A stretch of 64,000 bases of DNA from Raillietiella orientalis. Taxonomy: Eukaryota. Both the position numbers and the translations under genes were made by a program. The notes below the pieces were generated by a model, which saw nothing but the letters and a program-made list of their open reading frames with translations, had not been told where the DNA came from and searched no databases. Position 1 is the first letter of the stretch. Each line of letters starts with the position of its first letter. Below, piece by piece: positions 38,440 through 50,866 of this stretch. The stretch is taken from assembly GCA_036172245.1 (NCBI GenBank), contig JAYWIR010000027.1, positions 62,001-126,000 on the forward strand, in the 5' to 3' direction.

Positions 38440-40290
38440 CCGATGATGAATTTGTGCGCCGAAAATGAAAGGACTTGCGAAACGATACGGGGGATGACAA
38501 CACCCTCCGTTCTTCCTGCTGCGACCGAAAGCTTCCTCGCAGCGAATCGGGAACATCCACCTGCGCTGGTGGCAAGCAGATCCACCGTGCAGCTAGGCGC
38601 AGCCCCGGGCACCTTAAAAACAGAGGGAGGGTCCTTTTCTTTTACTGTTCTGGTCCCTGTGAAGGAGCTACCCCGATCGGCGGAGAGCAAAGGTCTCCGA
38701 ATCCTCTCAACAGGATTTGGAGAGAAGGCATCGCTAAGGACGGGGTCCCCTGTTGCCCATGGTCGCGAGTACTAACGAAGACGACGGTCTGTTTCTGGAA
38801 GTGCGGGAAGCAACCCGGTCAAGTGCACCGATGCCCGGATGTACAGCTGAAGTCCGACATCTCGGAGTTTTCTTTCCACCTCACCCCTCTCCCGACCCGA
38901 GCCATTCCAAGCGCTCCCGAAGTTCTTTCTGAAGAGCACTCCGCATCCAGGATGAAGTCTCGAACGTCTTTTAAAAACAGAAAGGTCAGAGTGCCACGGT
39001 AGCTTCGCACCAGGAACCCTTTGAGAGTTGCGAAAGATTCTCGCATCCTGTCCGCTTCGCACCACCAGGAGGACCTGTGCGCAAAGACGAGAGCACCAAG
39101 CCCAATGATGTTATCATAGATCAGGTGGCGTCTCTCCCCACACGAGGCATTGCTCGTAGGAGCGCTCACCCTATTTCTCCCTAGCGTCTCCTCTGATAAG
39201 TATCAACCCGAGTGGATGGTGGATGAATCGTTAGTCCGAAGAGCGGACCTGAGGTGACATATCCGACCCGTTTCCTTTGAAGTTATGCAGTGACTGAACA
39301 GAAGACACTGATACGGGATACAAAGCGGGACATGAGCTGATCCCTCCGTTGCTACGGGCGTTCTTTCAATGAAGGGGCTGTTGGGCTGCACTACTCTAGA
39401 GAGCAGTCCAGCCTCCGCTACTACTGGGTCTCCAAGACGATCCTCTCCCTGCCGTCGTACACAGACGAATCCTGGTCATCTCCCGCTATCAGGAACGCGA
39501 ATCCTATGAGCGCCCCTATAGAACACGTTATAAGGTCCTTACTCTCTCGATGGCGAAACTGGGATGGCAGGAGAACCACCGTTCCCTGGCGCGCGATCCG
39601 TCAGCACCCTGAAACGAAAAGTGACCGCAACAGAATCGAGGATACAGTCGTCTTTGCCCACCCTCCTTTCCTCGTTCAGATCTCTCCCCACGCAAGGCAT
39701 TGCATCGTTCAGATTTCTCTGCTTGAAGGATGATATTTCGTGCTCCATAGCAGAGGAGTAATAAAACTCCTAGGGAGCTGCTGGATAGTCCAGCTGGCTG
39801 TAGCGAGCAACCTTATCGCCGCCACCAAAAAGACCGCTTCCGTGGACGGAACTTCTGGACTTTGCGACCACCGACCTGGGTGCTCCCGCACAAATAGCTC
39901 TGCGCTCCCTTGCAATGTGCTGCAACCCATTTGAAGAGGAAGGTTCTCTCCGCGTCCACCTGAGCTCTCCAGCTAACGATCGCCGGCACTGCTGGTCGAG
40001 GTGGAGTGTCTCACCGAGATGAGCCGGCAGTCGAAACGTTCCTGCGCTGCCCTCTGGGCTATAGTCCTCCTCAGAGCAATTAGCAGCACCTCGAGAAAGT
40101 CCGTTTCACCCTGGAGCTACCTCGAAGGAGATGACGCGGCACTGCTTCACGCGCTACGGATCTCCTCCTACAGCGATGCTATGTGACATCAGGAGGAGGA
40201 AGGCGCTCTATGCTACGCATCGGGAGCGCGCCAGCAAAGATAGGTCGTACGCTCCGTCTCCTCCGTGATGAGGAGGGTGGATCGGAGTGA
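38440..40290 (+). mobile_element. Decayed I-group-like LINE (RT + RNase H)
   Basis: VLVPVKE..KGLRILS, SFKNRKVRV, RVAKDSRILS, VIRSLLS, then RNase H-like SVDGT ... LLRAISS ... RISSYSDAM*HQEE (WIPSH.G..GNE.AD-like). Confidence 0.5.
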
Positions 40291-41859
40291 CCCCATCGGC
40301 AACATGGATTGGGGAAGAACACTGCCTGGGTAGCACGCAGGTTTCAGAAATACGAGACAATCCCACGATACTTCTTAATCCAAACCTCCCTTATGCACTT
40401 ATGCGTTATTTATTGCTCCTATCAATTGGCCACTTCGGTCTTCTGCATCAGCCGAATTCATATCCCTTCTTTATCTTTTCGAAAATTCATTGTTGCGTAG
40501 GAACCAGTTTCCTGCTTTGCAGGTTAATTTTTTATAAATAGACGCCCTAATGTATCGGGTATAAACCCGAGCGATTCCTCTCGGAATGAGACGTCAAAAG
40601 GCCTAACCCAAGGAACAATGATGGATCGTCCAGGTCTCCTTTCTTCGAAAGGTGTGGGCGGAGAGAAGAAGCAAAGATTCCGAAGACAGGGCAAGGTGGG
40701 AGGGGGGAAAAAGGGGGGCCTACATGGGAAGGGGACCGAGCGAGGTGCTAAGTGAAACGGAGTGTTCCCAGAGAAGTCAGGACGTGCAGAGACGGGGGCG
40801 GATGGATTGAGCGCACAGCAGGCGGGACCCTTACGTCCGAATCCGGAAGGATCTCCTACACGCTTCTCCCCTGGGGAGAAGGCTACTCCATTCCTTTGCT
40901 TCTCTTTCCAGAATGCTGCTACGTACTCGCCGGCCTTTCCCGGTTCGTTGCTCATCGGAGAGTCGCTCGGTTCCCCGTGATGCGTGAGGTCGAGCGGCTC
41001 ATCACGGCGAACCGAGCGACGTGCATAGCGAGCCACTGCAGGGCGAGTTGGTGCCATCTGCCAGCCCTGCAGCGAAGAGCTGCTTCCTCCATCTTCTTAG
41101 CAGTCTCCTGACAGCACCTTCACACAGCAATCACTTCCGAGCTCCATGTTCGGATCCTGTGGAGCTGCAGACTGCCGTGCACCTTCCGGCAGGACGACCC
41201 AAAGTTGCAGGTGCACGCGCGAGCTCCGCCTGCATACCCTGATGTTCCCACTACGAGTCACCGAAGCTCACTTTGCAAGAAATAGCAGCCCTGACGAAGC
41301 CAAATCTGATGCAAACGGTTCGTCTGGTAAGCTCAGACACGCTCAGCCGACGGATATTCCAAAGCGATCACACCTTCCTCGACGCTTATCGTTCTTCCCT
41401 TCCCCCTTCCCTCCTCTTCCTGTCCGGCAGCCAGCAATGCGGAAAATCGGCCCCTGCAATTCCAGAGCTCGCGATTTTGCGTGCAGCTTTTGAACAGAAG
41501 CCATGCTGATCGTAATTTAATCTTAATTTAAGCAGATACGAATACTAAACTTGCACAGATACGAATTACGTATGGGAACCATCCTGGAAGAAGCCAGCTT
41601 CCAAACCAAGGCGATCCACTGACCCTTATGCTTTTCGAGTTCTGCATGGAACCGGTGGCAAGTCATGTCACCAGTGACAAGTGAACTTGAAAGCATTCGA
41701 ATGGCAGAGGAGACGAGTCCATCACCCACCTGGCGTGCGCCGACAAAGAGAGCACGAGCATGTCCGACGAGGAGCAATCTGAAAGCATTCCATCCGTCGC
41801 CGAGCCACCGTCAGACTTGGGACTGGACTAAAAAAAAATTCAGCAGCGGCAGATCCAAA

Positions 41860-43250
41860 CTGCTTACCGTGGGAATCCTAGATATCTCCGCCCTAAATTT
41901 CAACGTGTTTAGCATAGCCGGCAATATCAGATATCTGAGTGTAAACACCGGAGACAACATATTGTCCTCGTGGACATTGTGGACTGGAACTGTGCGGGAG
42001 GAAGTGACCGAGAAGCAATCATACTTCTATTTCAAGGAAAATTCTAACCTTTGCAATGGGACGTTGGCACCCACGCAAGTTACTGTTCGTCGCGACCTTG
42101 TACCATATATCTGAGAAGGTGGCCAGGAGAATGACCCATGTCCCGAGATCTCTGGAAAAAAAACAAGCGCGAAGTTACCATTCTTGTTCTTCCCGCAGGC
42201 GGAAAGTGGCCCAGGAATGAGAGCAATCGTATACGCCAGCAGGCTCCAGGCTCTGTGGCATCTAATGAATCCTACTGGAAGAATGGCCGTGTTCCATCGA
42301 GTCTACTTGAGACTCATGAAAGAACAGACGATGGCCGCAGGAGAAACTGCACAATTGAACAGAGTGGATCCAACGTGGCCGAGGAAACGCAACAGCTCGC
42401 CGACATGGTGGGAATGAAAGTAGTGCCCAGAAGCAAAGAAACCTGGAGTAGGAAGATAGCAGTCTTCATAAGTGTCCCATGGACACCTGGACTTGCAATG
42501 AGAGAGACTTAACAGTTCTCACCCAGCGGCATTGTCCACGAAAAGAGAATGTCGACATAGCAAGTCGATGCAGGATTGGATAACCCACAAGTACAGAGAG
42601 CGATCCCAAAGCTCGGAATAGACCAAGGTTCACTCCAGAACCCTGGAAGACAATGCGTGCCACGGCATCAAGGCCGAAGAAATCCTGGAATCAACGCGGG
42701 ACAGGTTCAAGATGTCAGTATCCGATTCCATTCGCGATTGCGACCACCCTTTGGAGATGCACCTGCCACCATAAGTCGAAGACGATTTTTTGGAGTTTTA
42801 CCTGGGAGAGATTACGTGGGCCGATACGACATTGGATAGGTAACTCCGAAACTCAACCACCGAAAACAAGTTTCGCCTCTGCACTCACTGAACCCTTGTC
42901 CTCCTCAACTGGGAAGTTGTAGGCCAAGTGACGGACTTCCAGACGAGCACGAAGCCGGAAGTTCCTGGAGGGCTACTAGAAGGACAAGGGTCCTGACCCT
43001 ATGCTTAGGGCTACCGTCGCTCTTCCCATCCAGGGCTCCTCATCAGAAGAATGAAGACCGTAAGGGTGTATTGAGGAAGCCAGGAACATTCTGATGGAAC
43101 TCTTGAAGAAAGGAGTCCGCACGAAAGGCTGTAGTAAGTTCCCTGCCTGAACTTACCACTGTATGCTGAAGAAGATTCAGAATGCCAGACCTCCACGCTC
43201 CAATCATTCCCAGAACGACTCCCAAATTCAAGGACCTCAAGTTTAGAGTA
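41860..43250 (+). mobile_element. Decayed LINE endonuclease (APE) region and linker
   Basis: ALNFNVFS, VTVRRDL, IVYAS, MAAGE..DPTW and KETWSR in APE motif order, frameshifted. Confidence 0.4.
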
Positions 43251-43865
43251 GAACAATGGAACGCTGGATTTTTTCTGTGTGTGTGTGTTTGAAAAGCTGA
43301 TTCAAAAAACCTCTGTCACTATAGCAATTTGGGATACATGAGATGATGATTGGTTGTGCAGCTGCATAGTTTTGTTTGCTTTTAAATGCTAGCACAACCT
43401 ACTAATTCGTAAAAGGAAGAAAACACTAAAGTGAAGAATCGAACATGAACTTGTGACAGTGACTATAAAGATATTTTAACGAAGACTCATAATTTGAAGA
43501 ATGAAAAGGGTTGGAACATGGTTTGATTATCAAGGGCGTTACCACAATTCCAAAGCATTCCACAGCTACTGTTGAAAAAAGAACAGATAACACTGACGAT
43601 GCCAATGACATGTTAGTTGAAGCACGATGGGCTTAGAATATTAGATAGAAAAATTTAAGCAGAAAGTAAATAAGAAACCACCAGGTCTGAAATTGGATTC
43701 CAAATCAGCACGAGCATTTCCAGCAATACCCCGAAGTTTCCGAGGATCCATCCATTTATGATTTTGCCCTTGTTACAGAGAGCAATCCCAAAGCTCGGAA
43801 TAGACCAAGGTTCACTCCAGAACCCTGGAAGACAATGCGGACCACGGCATCAAGGCCGAAGAAAT
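42592..43865. repeat. Direct repeat pair 42592-42683 / 43774-43865 (92 bp, 3 mismatches)
   Basis: tacagagagc.atcccaaagctcggaatagaccaaggttcactccagaaccctggaagacaatgcg..ccacggcatcaaggccgaagaaat occurs twice. Confidence 0.97.
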
Positions 43866-46800
43866 GCTCATGAAGATGAAGAAAGTGCGATAGACGTACT
43901 GTGTGAAACTGGCATGAATGCTGTCTAAAGAATCCATTCTGGCGCCGAATGGCAAAACCAGGCCAAAAAAAAATCCAAATCCAACTCTGCCTCTCACACT
44001 TTCTGACCACAGCCAGGCGATTTTATATGCACGTGCGACCATTTCCGATGTGCTTCAATCAGAAACGTCAACACTGCTAACCTGGAATATGGGTCGAAAT
44101 GTAAATTAACTCGGATCCTTCTGCAGGTTTCAATTTTTGTTGCAGAACAAAAAAAAACAAAAAGTCAATCAGCAATACAGTGATTCCATATTCCTCGCAT
44201 TTATCCACAAACCTATGGCACTGATTACATCCAGTTAATCCTGAAATTCCTGGGCTGTACAAAGTATACAAATCATGCTGCTGGTGCCGCGCAGTGTATA
44301 CATAAAGAAATAAGCAAGCATGCTTATTTACTATCTTCACTCACAACACAGTGTTTCTTAGAGTTCCATACCCTAGATTCGGACACACACACACACGAAA
44401 AGAGGAGGAGTGACAGACGCAGTTGTTTCTTCTTTCATCGCAGAAGATTTTCGTTGTTGTGACGAAAATCACTCACCCCTCCCCCGCAGGACCGGAGAAA
44501 GGCGGTAAAAGCTCCTCAGGCAGACGCTCCATCGCAGCCGTGGACGCGCCCCAGCGGGCTGTCTGTTTGCCTCGCTTCGCACTGCCTGAAAGCAAAGGAG
44601 GAAAAGAAGACGCCAAGGAGTATAGCAGCAGCGATCTCAGCGAGATCAAGAGCAGGCCAGGACCCACCAAGCTTCTTTTGGCAGATCACCAAGCGCTGCG
44701 GCGTTGGGCCACCTCACCGCGCCCAGGCCTCCATTTTTTCCCGTACCCTACGCTTCCGAGGCGCATTGCGCCGCGTTGGCATCAGCCGTCCCGTGATCGG
44801 TGCGTGTCGTTCGGCAGCGCGCGCGACTGCGAGAAGCCAGCGAAAACCGACAGGGCCACGGTTCGCGGAAGGTCTTCCCTCTCCCCTTCGATTCCCTGGA
44901 TCCATTCCTCCCGAACGCTCGGTGCCGTTCCCCCTCCCCCCCCCCCCCTTCTCTCCCTCCCGGATCCGGGAGGCGAACTCGCGTGGCTCTTTCTTTCCTT
45001 TTCCGCAGCGCCGAGCGAAAGGCTGCGCTCGCGCGCCGCCGCTCCTGCTGAGCGCCAGTATTTCTCCCGCTTCCAGCACGAAAGGGAATCCGATCCTAAG
45101 GAAAGGACGATTTCCACAATCCGAGGAAGAATGGTCACCGGGAGGCGCCCTGTCTGTGGAGCCGCTGGGGCGCCTTCGCGTGGGGCTTGGTCACCCTACC
45201 CCCGTGGTCGGGAATAACCGCAACCACGAGGGGGATCGCCGAGGCGGAGCCTGCAGGGCGTGCGCTGGGGGAGGTGGCTCGTGGATGCGGGGAGGTGTTG
45301 TGCAGCGGAATGCGTGCGCGGCGATGAGAGGGATGCGTGGGGAGCAACCGGAATAGGGGATGCCACTCTACCCGTGCGATTCGCGCGTCGTCGTCTCCGG
45401 GGCGAGCTGGCTGCGTGGCAGGAGAAAAAAGTTCCCTCCAAGTGAAAGCGTGAAGAAAGGGGACGGCTGCGGCAGGGCCGGAAAGGTTGCGATGGTACGG
45501 CCAGCGAGTCCTTAGAGGTCACCCCAGTATGTGGCAGCGGAAGGAGAGAGGGGAGAGGGAGGCAGTCGGAATGCCTGCCTGCCTGCACCGTGATCTTGGT
45601 GGTTGGCGCGAGACCCGAACGTTGGCGGCGCGCGGAAACCAGGCAGTGGAAGAGATGAAACAAGCAGGGATGTCGCAGGGTAGTCTGGGGAATGCAGGTG
45701 GTCGGGACAAGCCCCAAAGACCTACCGAAATGCATCCACGGGAGTCAGCGCTGCACTCTCTGTTTCAGCTTGCTGCTTCCGAAGCGCGCCAACAGGGGCG
45801 CGAGCGTCGGCAGAACAGCCAGCCGCACCCCTCAGTAACCGACCTGGCTGGTCCGCTTTGGGACTGCGGCGGAGGCTCACGTCAGCACTCCTGCACCAGG
45901 AAGACACACTTCCCGCGACCTGTTGCGACGGCGCTTCGCGCCGGGAGCCCTTTCGATGGGCGCCGCGATCGCCACCATCGCTGCGTCATCGTCACGGCCC
46001 GACGCGTGCTGGCGACGACGGCGCAGCCAAGGGAGGTCACCGGGACGGCGGCACTGCCTACGTGGGGGCGGCTGCCAGGTGGCCTCACCTGCAAGAGGAA
46101 GTCAAGGAGATCTCCAGCATCCAGCGCCGGTTCTGAAGCGAAAGAACGGCGGACATCGGTGACCCTTGACCCCACCCTCTATTTCCTTTTTCATTTTTTC
46201 CTACTCCCCTTCGCTCCGTACCTTTCCCGGTTTTTACGTATTCATCCAGGTGCATATGGGGTGATCCCAAAGATCCCTGCCCCATCCCTCCCCGAATTTC
46301 CTCATTTTTTTTTTTTTGTCATCCTCCTTCCCCTATCACCCGTTCCGGAGTTTCGGATATCCCAGTTTCGGATTTCCGATGCTACCTACGTGTCGGTGGA
46401 CCCCCTTCCCCCCTGGGACGTCTTTTGTCTTCGGCTGGGCACCAGTGTGTTCCCAGTCGGTTTATTTTTAGAAAGAAAACGCTTCCGAGATGTGGCCAGG
46501 TGGAAAACCTAGCTGGCCTCTTCCCCGCCCCCCTCCCCTTCACGAGGCCGTGGCTCCTGAAGTGGCGTACTTGGCGACTCCAGTGCGTGTTCCCTGGGGA
46601 GTTGCATCCTGAAGCAGCGCATCTCTCCCTTGACGATCTTCCCCTGCCTCCTGGAGATCTCGAGTGATCTCAGCGCGTTGCCATTCGCCCGTAGATCCGT
46701 GCATCCAGAGAGCATCCCTCGTGCGCATGCGAGCGCTCCCACTGGAGCTATGGTGGCGCCATCCCCGGTATTCCCGTCTTCGTGTCTCCCGCCTCTTCCA

Positions 46801-47538
46801 GGGGCAGCAAGCTGTCAATTCTTAGTGCGGAACAAAGAAGCGACCCCGCTGATCGCTGCCCCGGGGCAGAAGGTCTGGTCGCATTCTGGGATCGACTCCG
46901 GAAGCGGGCTGATTCGAAGCCAGGGGTTCCCGGTTTTCCTGGACAGTCTTTTCGATCCAGGTCGCTTGCACTAGGATACAGGAGCGTTGGATGCATCCCG
47001 GATGCAGGGCATTCTTCGGGATGAACAGAGGAACCCAGGAAGAGTGGATCCCGTGTAGGGGTGGTCCCAGCATTGGGTAGGGCGATTCCTGCGAGCTGCG
47101 CCTGCCGGGATTGCAGGGATCGGGCGCGCGAGAGCTGAGTGGCAGCGGAAGATTTTCTCCCAGCACGCCCTCGGTCGCTGAGCCAGCAGCCTCGTGGTTG
47201 CTGGAAGAACCCCACGACTCGGCAACCTGGATCGAAAATACCAGGGAGAGTGGGAATCCGGTGGGCTCCCCACCAGCCGATGCCTCAGGAAGCTCCTGCC
47301 GGCCTCCGCGAGGAAAGGCGGGGTCATCTCTCTGGACGTCTGCTGCCTCTGTGACGCACACCGGCAGTCCTGCAGAACAGGAGGCGGACAGAGGGAATCC
47401 CAGCAGCTCCCCCTGAGAGGAATCAGCTGCCGGGAGCCGGGGGACCCGAGGGACGGCGCGAGATCCCGAGGAGGCTGAAGATTCCCCCTTACGAGGAGAT
47501 GACACATTCCAACGCCCAGTGCCCTCGCGGCGTGTGCT

Positions 47539-48086
47539 CGCGTCTGAGGCTTTATGGTTAAGGCTTCCGCGCGTGGCACCACCAAGCGTCGCGGGTTCGA
47601 ATACTCCGACAGAAACTGCTCCGTGCGTTCCGAGTTCCTCCTGCAAGATGACGCTGGTCGGCCTGTGAACCTTCGGGCGCGCGGCACCGGTAGAGGTTCA
47701 AACCGGAGGACTCCGATGAAGTCCGGAACAATGGGAGTCGACCTCCGAGTCCTTCCAGGAAGCAAGGAGTGGGGAGTTCCCTCTCCGGTTTGTTCAGATG
47801 GAGTAGGTGTGTAAACCATCTCTCCAGATGTTAAAGGAGTGGACCCCCCATTCCGGGGGGTGGGACCTTCCGAGTCGTACTGATGGAGAAGGCGTGTCGC
47901 CATCTCTTCAGAGAGCGCAAGGAAGCGAGAGCCATCAATCCTTCGGCGAAGCAGCGCCCCTTCTGAATTTCGGAAGCGTCCCTTCGGGGTTCCCCTTCGG
48001 AGACAACCAGGGTGGAGGTGTGATCCTTCCTTTCCAGGAAGATCCCTATCCAGGCGTGAGAGGAACGGACTTCTATATATATATAT
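47539..48086 (+). mobile_element. tRNA-derived SINE copy followed by a (TA)n tract
   Basis: tggttaaggcttccgcgcgtggc...gcgtcgcgggttcgaatac head; body closely matches the 53400 copy; ends gagaggaacggacttc + tatatatatatat. Confidence 0.78.
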
Positions 48087-48949
48087 CTGTTGGGGCACCG
48101 ACCGAGAGGAGCAGCGGCCGCCCCAAGACTAGGAGGTGGCGGTGGCGAGAGTGACCCGGAGATGGACGGGCGGGGAATCTCCCTCTCTTCGTCACCCTGA
48201 TTTCCCCACTGACCAAGATCGGACGCGTGGATGCACACGTCATCCCCGGAGCAAGTGCTTCGGCGCCGTTCAGGGATGCACGAACGACGGAGCTGCGCCA
48301 TCCTCTTGGAGCACTTCCAAGAGGATTAAGCAGCTTCAATTCTGCGTGCTTCCAATGATTCCATTGCTCTTTCCGTCTATTCTTTCCCCTCTCCTCCTCC
48401 CTTCCTCCTCCTCTCTTCCTTCTCCTCCTCTTGCTTTTCTCACCCTTGCCCTTTCTCGTTTGCTTTGAAGCGCGATGGCGGCGTGCGACCATGGGGATCC
48501 ATGGACCGTCACTGTCGCAGTGCACGCAGGATACAGAGGGTTCACATCGCCCCCTCCGAAGCTAGCGCTGAAGAAAAGGCCCCACGGATGCTGCCGGCCT
48601 CCAGAGGGAAGGATGCAGACCGGATGCAGCAACGGCTTCAACCAGCCGGAAGTAACGTCGCGCACTATCGCGACTACGATAGATGCCACCCGTTCGGTGG
48701 ATGCAGCCGTCGTTGAGGGAGAGGTGGATCCGGTTGTGGCTGGTTGACACCCGGCCAAACCGGGGCATTTATTTATAAAAAATAAACGTCTGTGGCAGGG
48801 CGTTTGATCCTGCCACGTTACTTATAACTACGAGAAGGAACCTACCGGGAACTGGCATGCAGGCCAGAGAGAGGCTCGCCTTGGCAACACAGAAGGGATA
48901 CAAACAAAAAGAAAAAAATAAAAAGAACACTGCAGTCAAAGAATGGGGA

Positions 48950-50250
48950 GGGGGTTCGGGAAGGGATCACTGTGCGCTGGAGGGTGTTCTCTGCATCCTT
49001 GTAAGGATACCGGCAAGTTCCTGTCTTATGGTTCCCAGATGGGGACATCCTGACTCCATCCTCATGAAGAAGACAGCAAAATAGATGGCGTCCCTGTTGT
49101 TCTGGCCTCCTCTGGCGTTGCTTCATACAGCCATGATCCGCCGCATAGGCAGTAGAATGCTACTAGAGGTGCGGCCGGCGTGAGGGCGTGGCGCAGGAAG
49201 AGGCGCTTTAAAATGCTTCTGGCGTTGCCGTCGGGGGCTCCGATGGTCATGGCAAAGCGTTCCCACAGGGGCTGGAGGGAAGCACAGTCCACTAGGGGGT
49301 GCAGTAAAGATTCTCGCTTCCCACACCTTGCACAGTTCGAGTCCCCCCCTTCCCCCCGTGTCCAATGATATCGGCTGGCGTTGCACGGGAGGCCCTAGTG
49401 CAGTAGCATCAATGCCGACTCTTGCCAATTTAAGGGGAGGGTGCGGGTGTTCATGAGCACCGTAGGTCACTGCAGGTCTTCCTCTGGAATACCCAGTAGC
49501 ACGCCTCAGAGCAAAAGGTCCACGAGGTCGAGCACTCGGGGTCGCAGCGCCGGTGAGCTGGCCCGTCGTTCACTCGCCTAGTCATCCTCTCCTGTCGGAG
49601 ATCTCCACGGAGACCTCCCATCTAGCCGTAAGGCTGCTGTCCATGTGCTCTCTAAGGGAGGGCAGCGTGGTAGCGAGGGAGGTTCTGCTTGCCCATGCAC
49701 TCTTCGCGGGATCTTCCAGGATCTCCCGGAGAGTGCAGTTGTTGTTGAGCGCGTACAGGAAACGTCGCACCTGTTCTGCTCCTGACTCCTGGATTCTCGC
49801 CCACGTGCGCACAGTTCCCTGCAACCAGGCACTACCGTTCGCGGGGCGGCAGAGATCCATCCGTTTTTCCTGGCTAGAGTGGTCACCTGCCGAAGGTGCA
49901 GTCCGCAATGGATGAGACTGCGTGAAAGGAGGACCAGGAAGGACGCGAGTCGCACGCTGCCTGTAGCTTGATGGACGAGAAGACGTGCAGGTTGGGGCCA
50001 GGTGATGCTCCAGAGGTTTGCCACGAGTGCAAGTGTTCGAAACTGGAGCTGCAGCTCCAGCGTCAGGAGGCCTGGGCTGCTGCCCAGGAGCGGAGCACAC
50101 AAGTCCTTCAGGAGGGCTCAAGGCCTCCCTTTGTCCCAGAGGGCGATCCGCCAAGGGCTGTGGCTGATGGAGCCCGCCAGGTGCTGAAGAACCGTCCGCC
50201 TCCTCGGGAGGAGATCAGAAAGCTCTTCGACGCTGTCCCACGTCACCCCT
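48950..50250 (+). mobile_element. Decayed 3' part of an RNase H-bearing LINE
   Basis: RWGHPDSILMKK, LALLHTAMIRR, WILAHVRTVPCNQA (WIPAHVG..GNE.A-like), terminal CRL....EVCHECKC (CCHC-like). Confidence 0.4.
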
Positions 50251-50281
50251 GAGGGTGCATGGGGTATTCCGGAAAAGTACC

Positions 50282-50866
50282 ACCCCATGAATCCAGGAAG
50301 CCTCCAGAGGAATGAGTTCGTTCCTCTTACGCTTGGGAGGGGAACCCGGAAGGGAACCCTCGCCCTGGTTGTCTCCGGAGGGATCCCCAGAAAGGATGCG
50401 CCCTGGTTTCCTCCTCTGAAGAGAACCCCGAAGGAGGACGCTTCCCATTTTCTCTGAAGGACGCTCCTGACACTCCAAAAGCCCCGAGAGGATATCGGCC
50501 ATCTCCATGGTACGCGATGGAGCTGGCTGATAACTCCCCTTCCCGGTTTGGGCTCCATTTTCACAACCGGTGGGAGGCGCACTTCGAAGCGAATCGGCTC
50601 CTTGATTCCTGGAAGGAACCCTGGAGAGTCAAATTCCAAGTCCAGAGGCCAATCAGTGCGGGCATCCGAGGGGGGATCCGACTTCCACCAGTGCCACCGC
50701 AAGCGAAGCCCGTGGACTAGCCAGCTCCATCCTGTGGGAGGGGAGTGAGACTCGAGGCCTACGACGCACCCCCCGTTCTCGGCGTCGCTGCTTCGCCCTG
50801 GGCAGGATTTGAACCCACAACAGTCGTTGCCACGCGCGGAGGCCGCAACCACCAACGCAGGTCGCG
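50282..50866 (-). mobile_element. tRNA-derived SINE copy (near full length)
   Basis: Head gtggttgcggcctccgcgcgtggc...gggttcaaatcc; 3' end ttcctggattcat.ggg shared with the 53400 copy. Confidence 0.75.

Noticed and set aside
39900..39975. Minus-strand FKWVAAHCKG as an RNase H motif
   Set aside because: Isolated; the plus-strand reading gives RT followed by RNase H motifs in coherent order.
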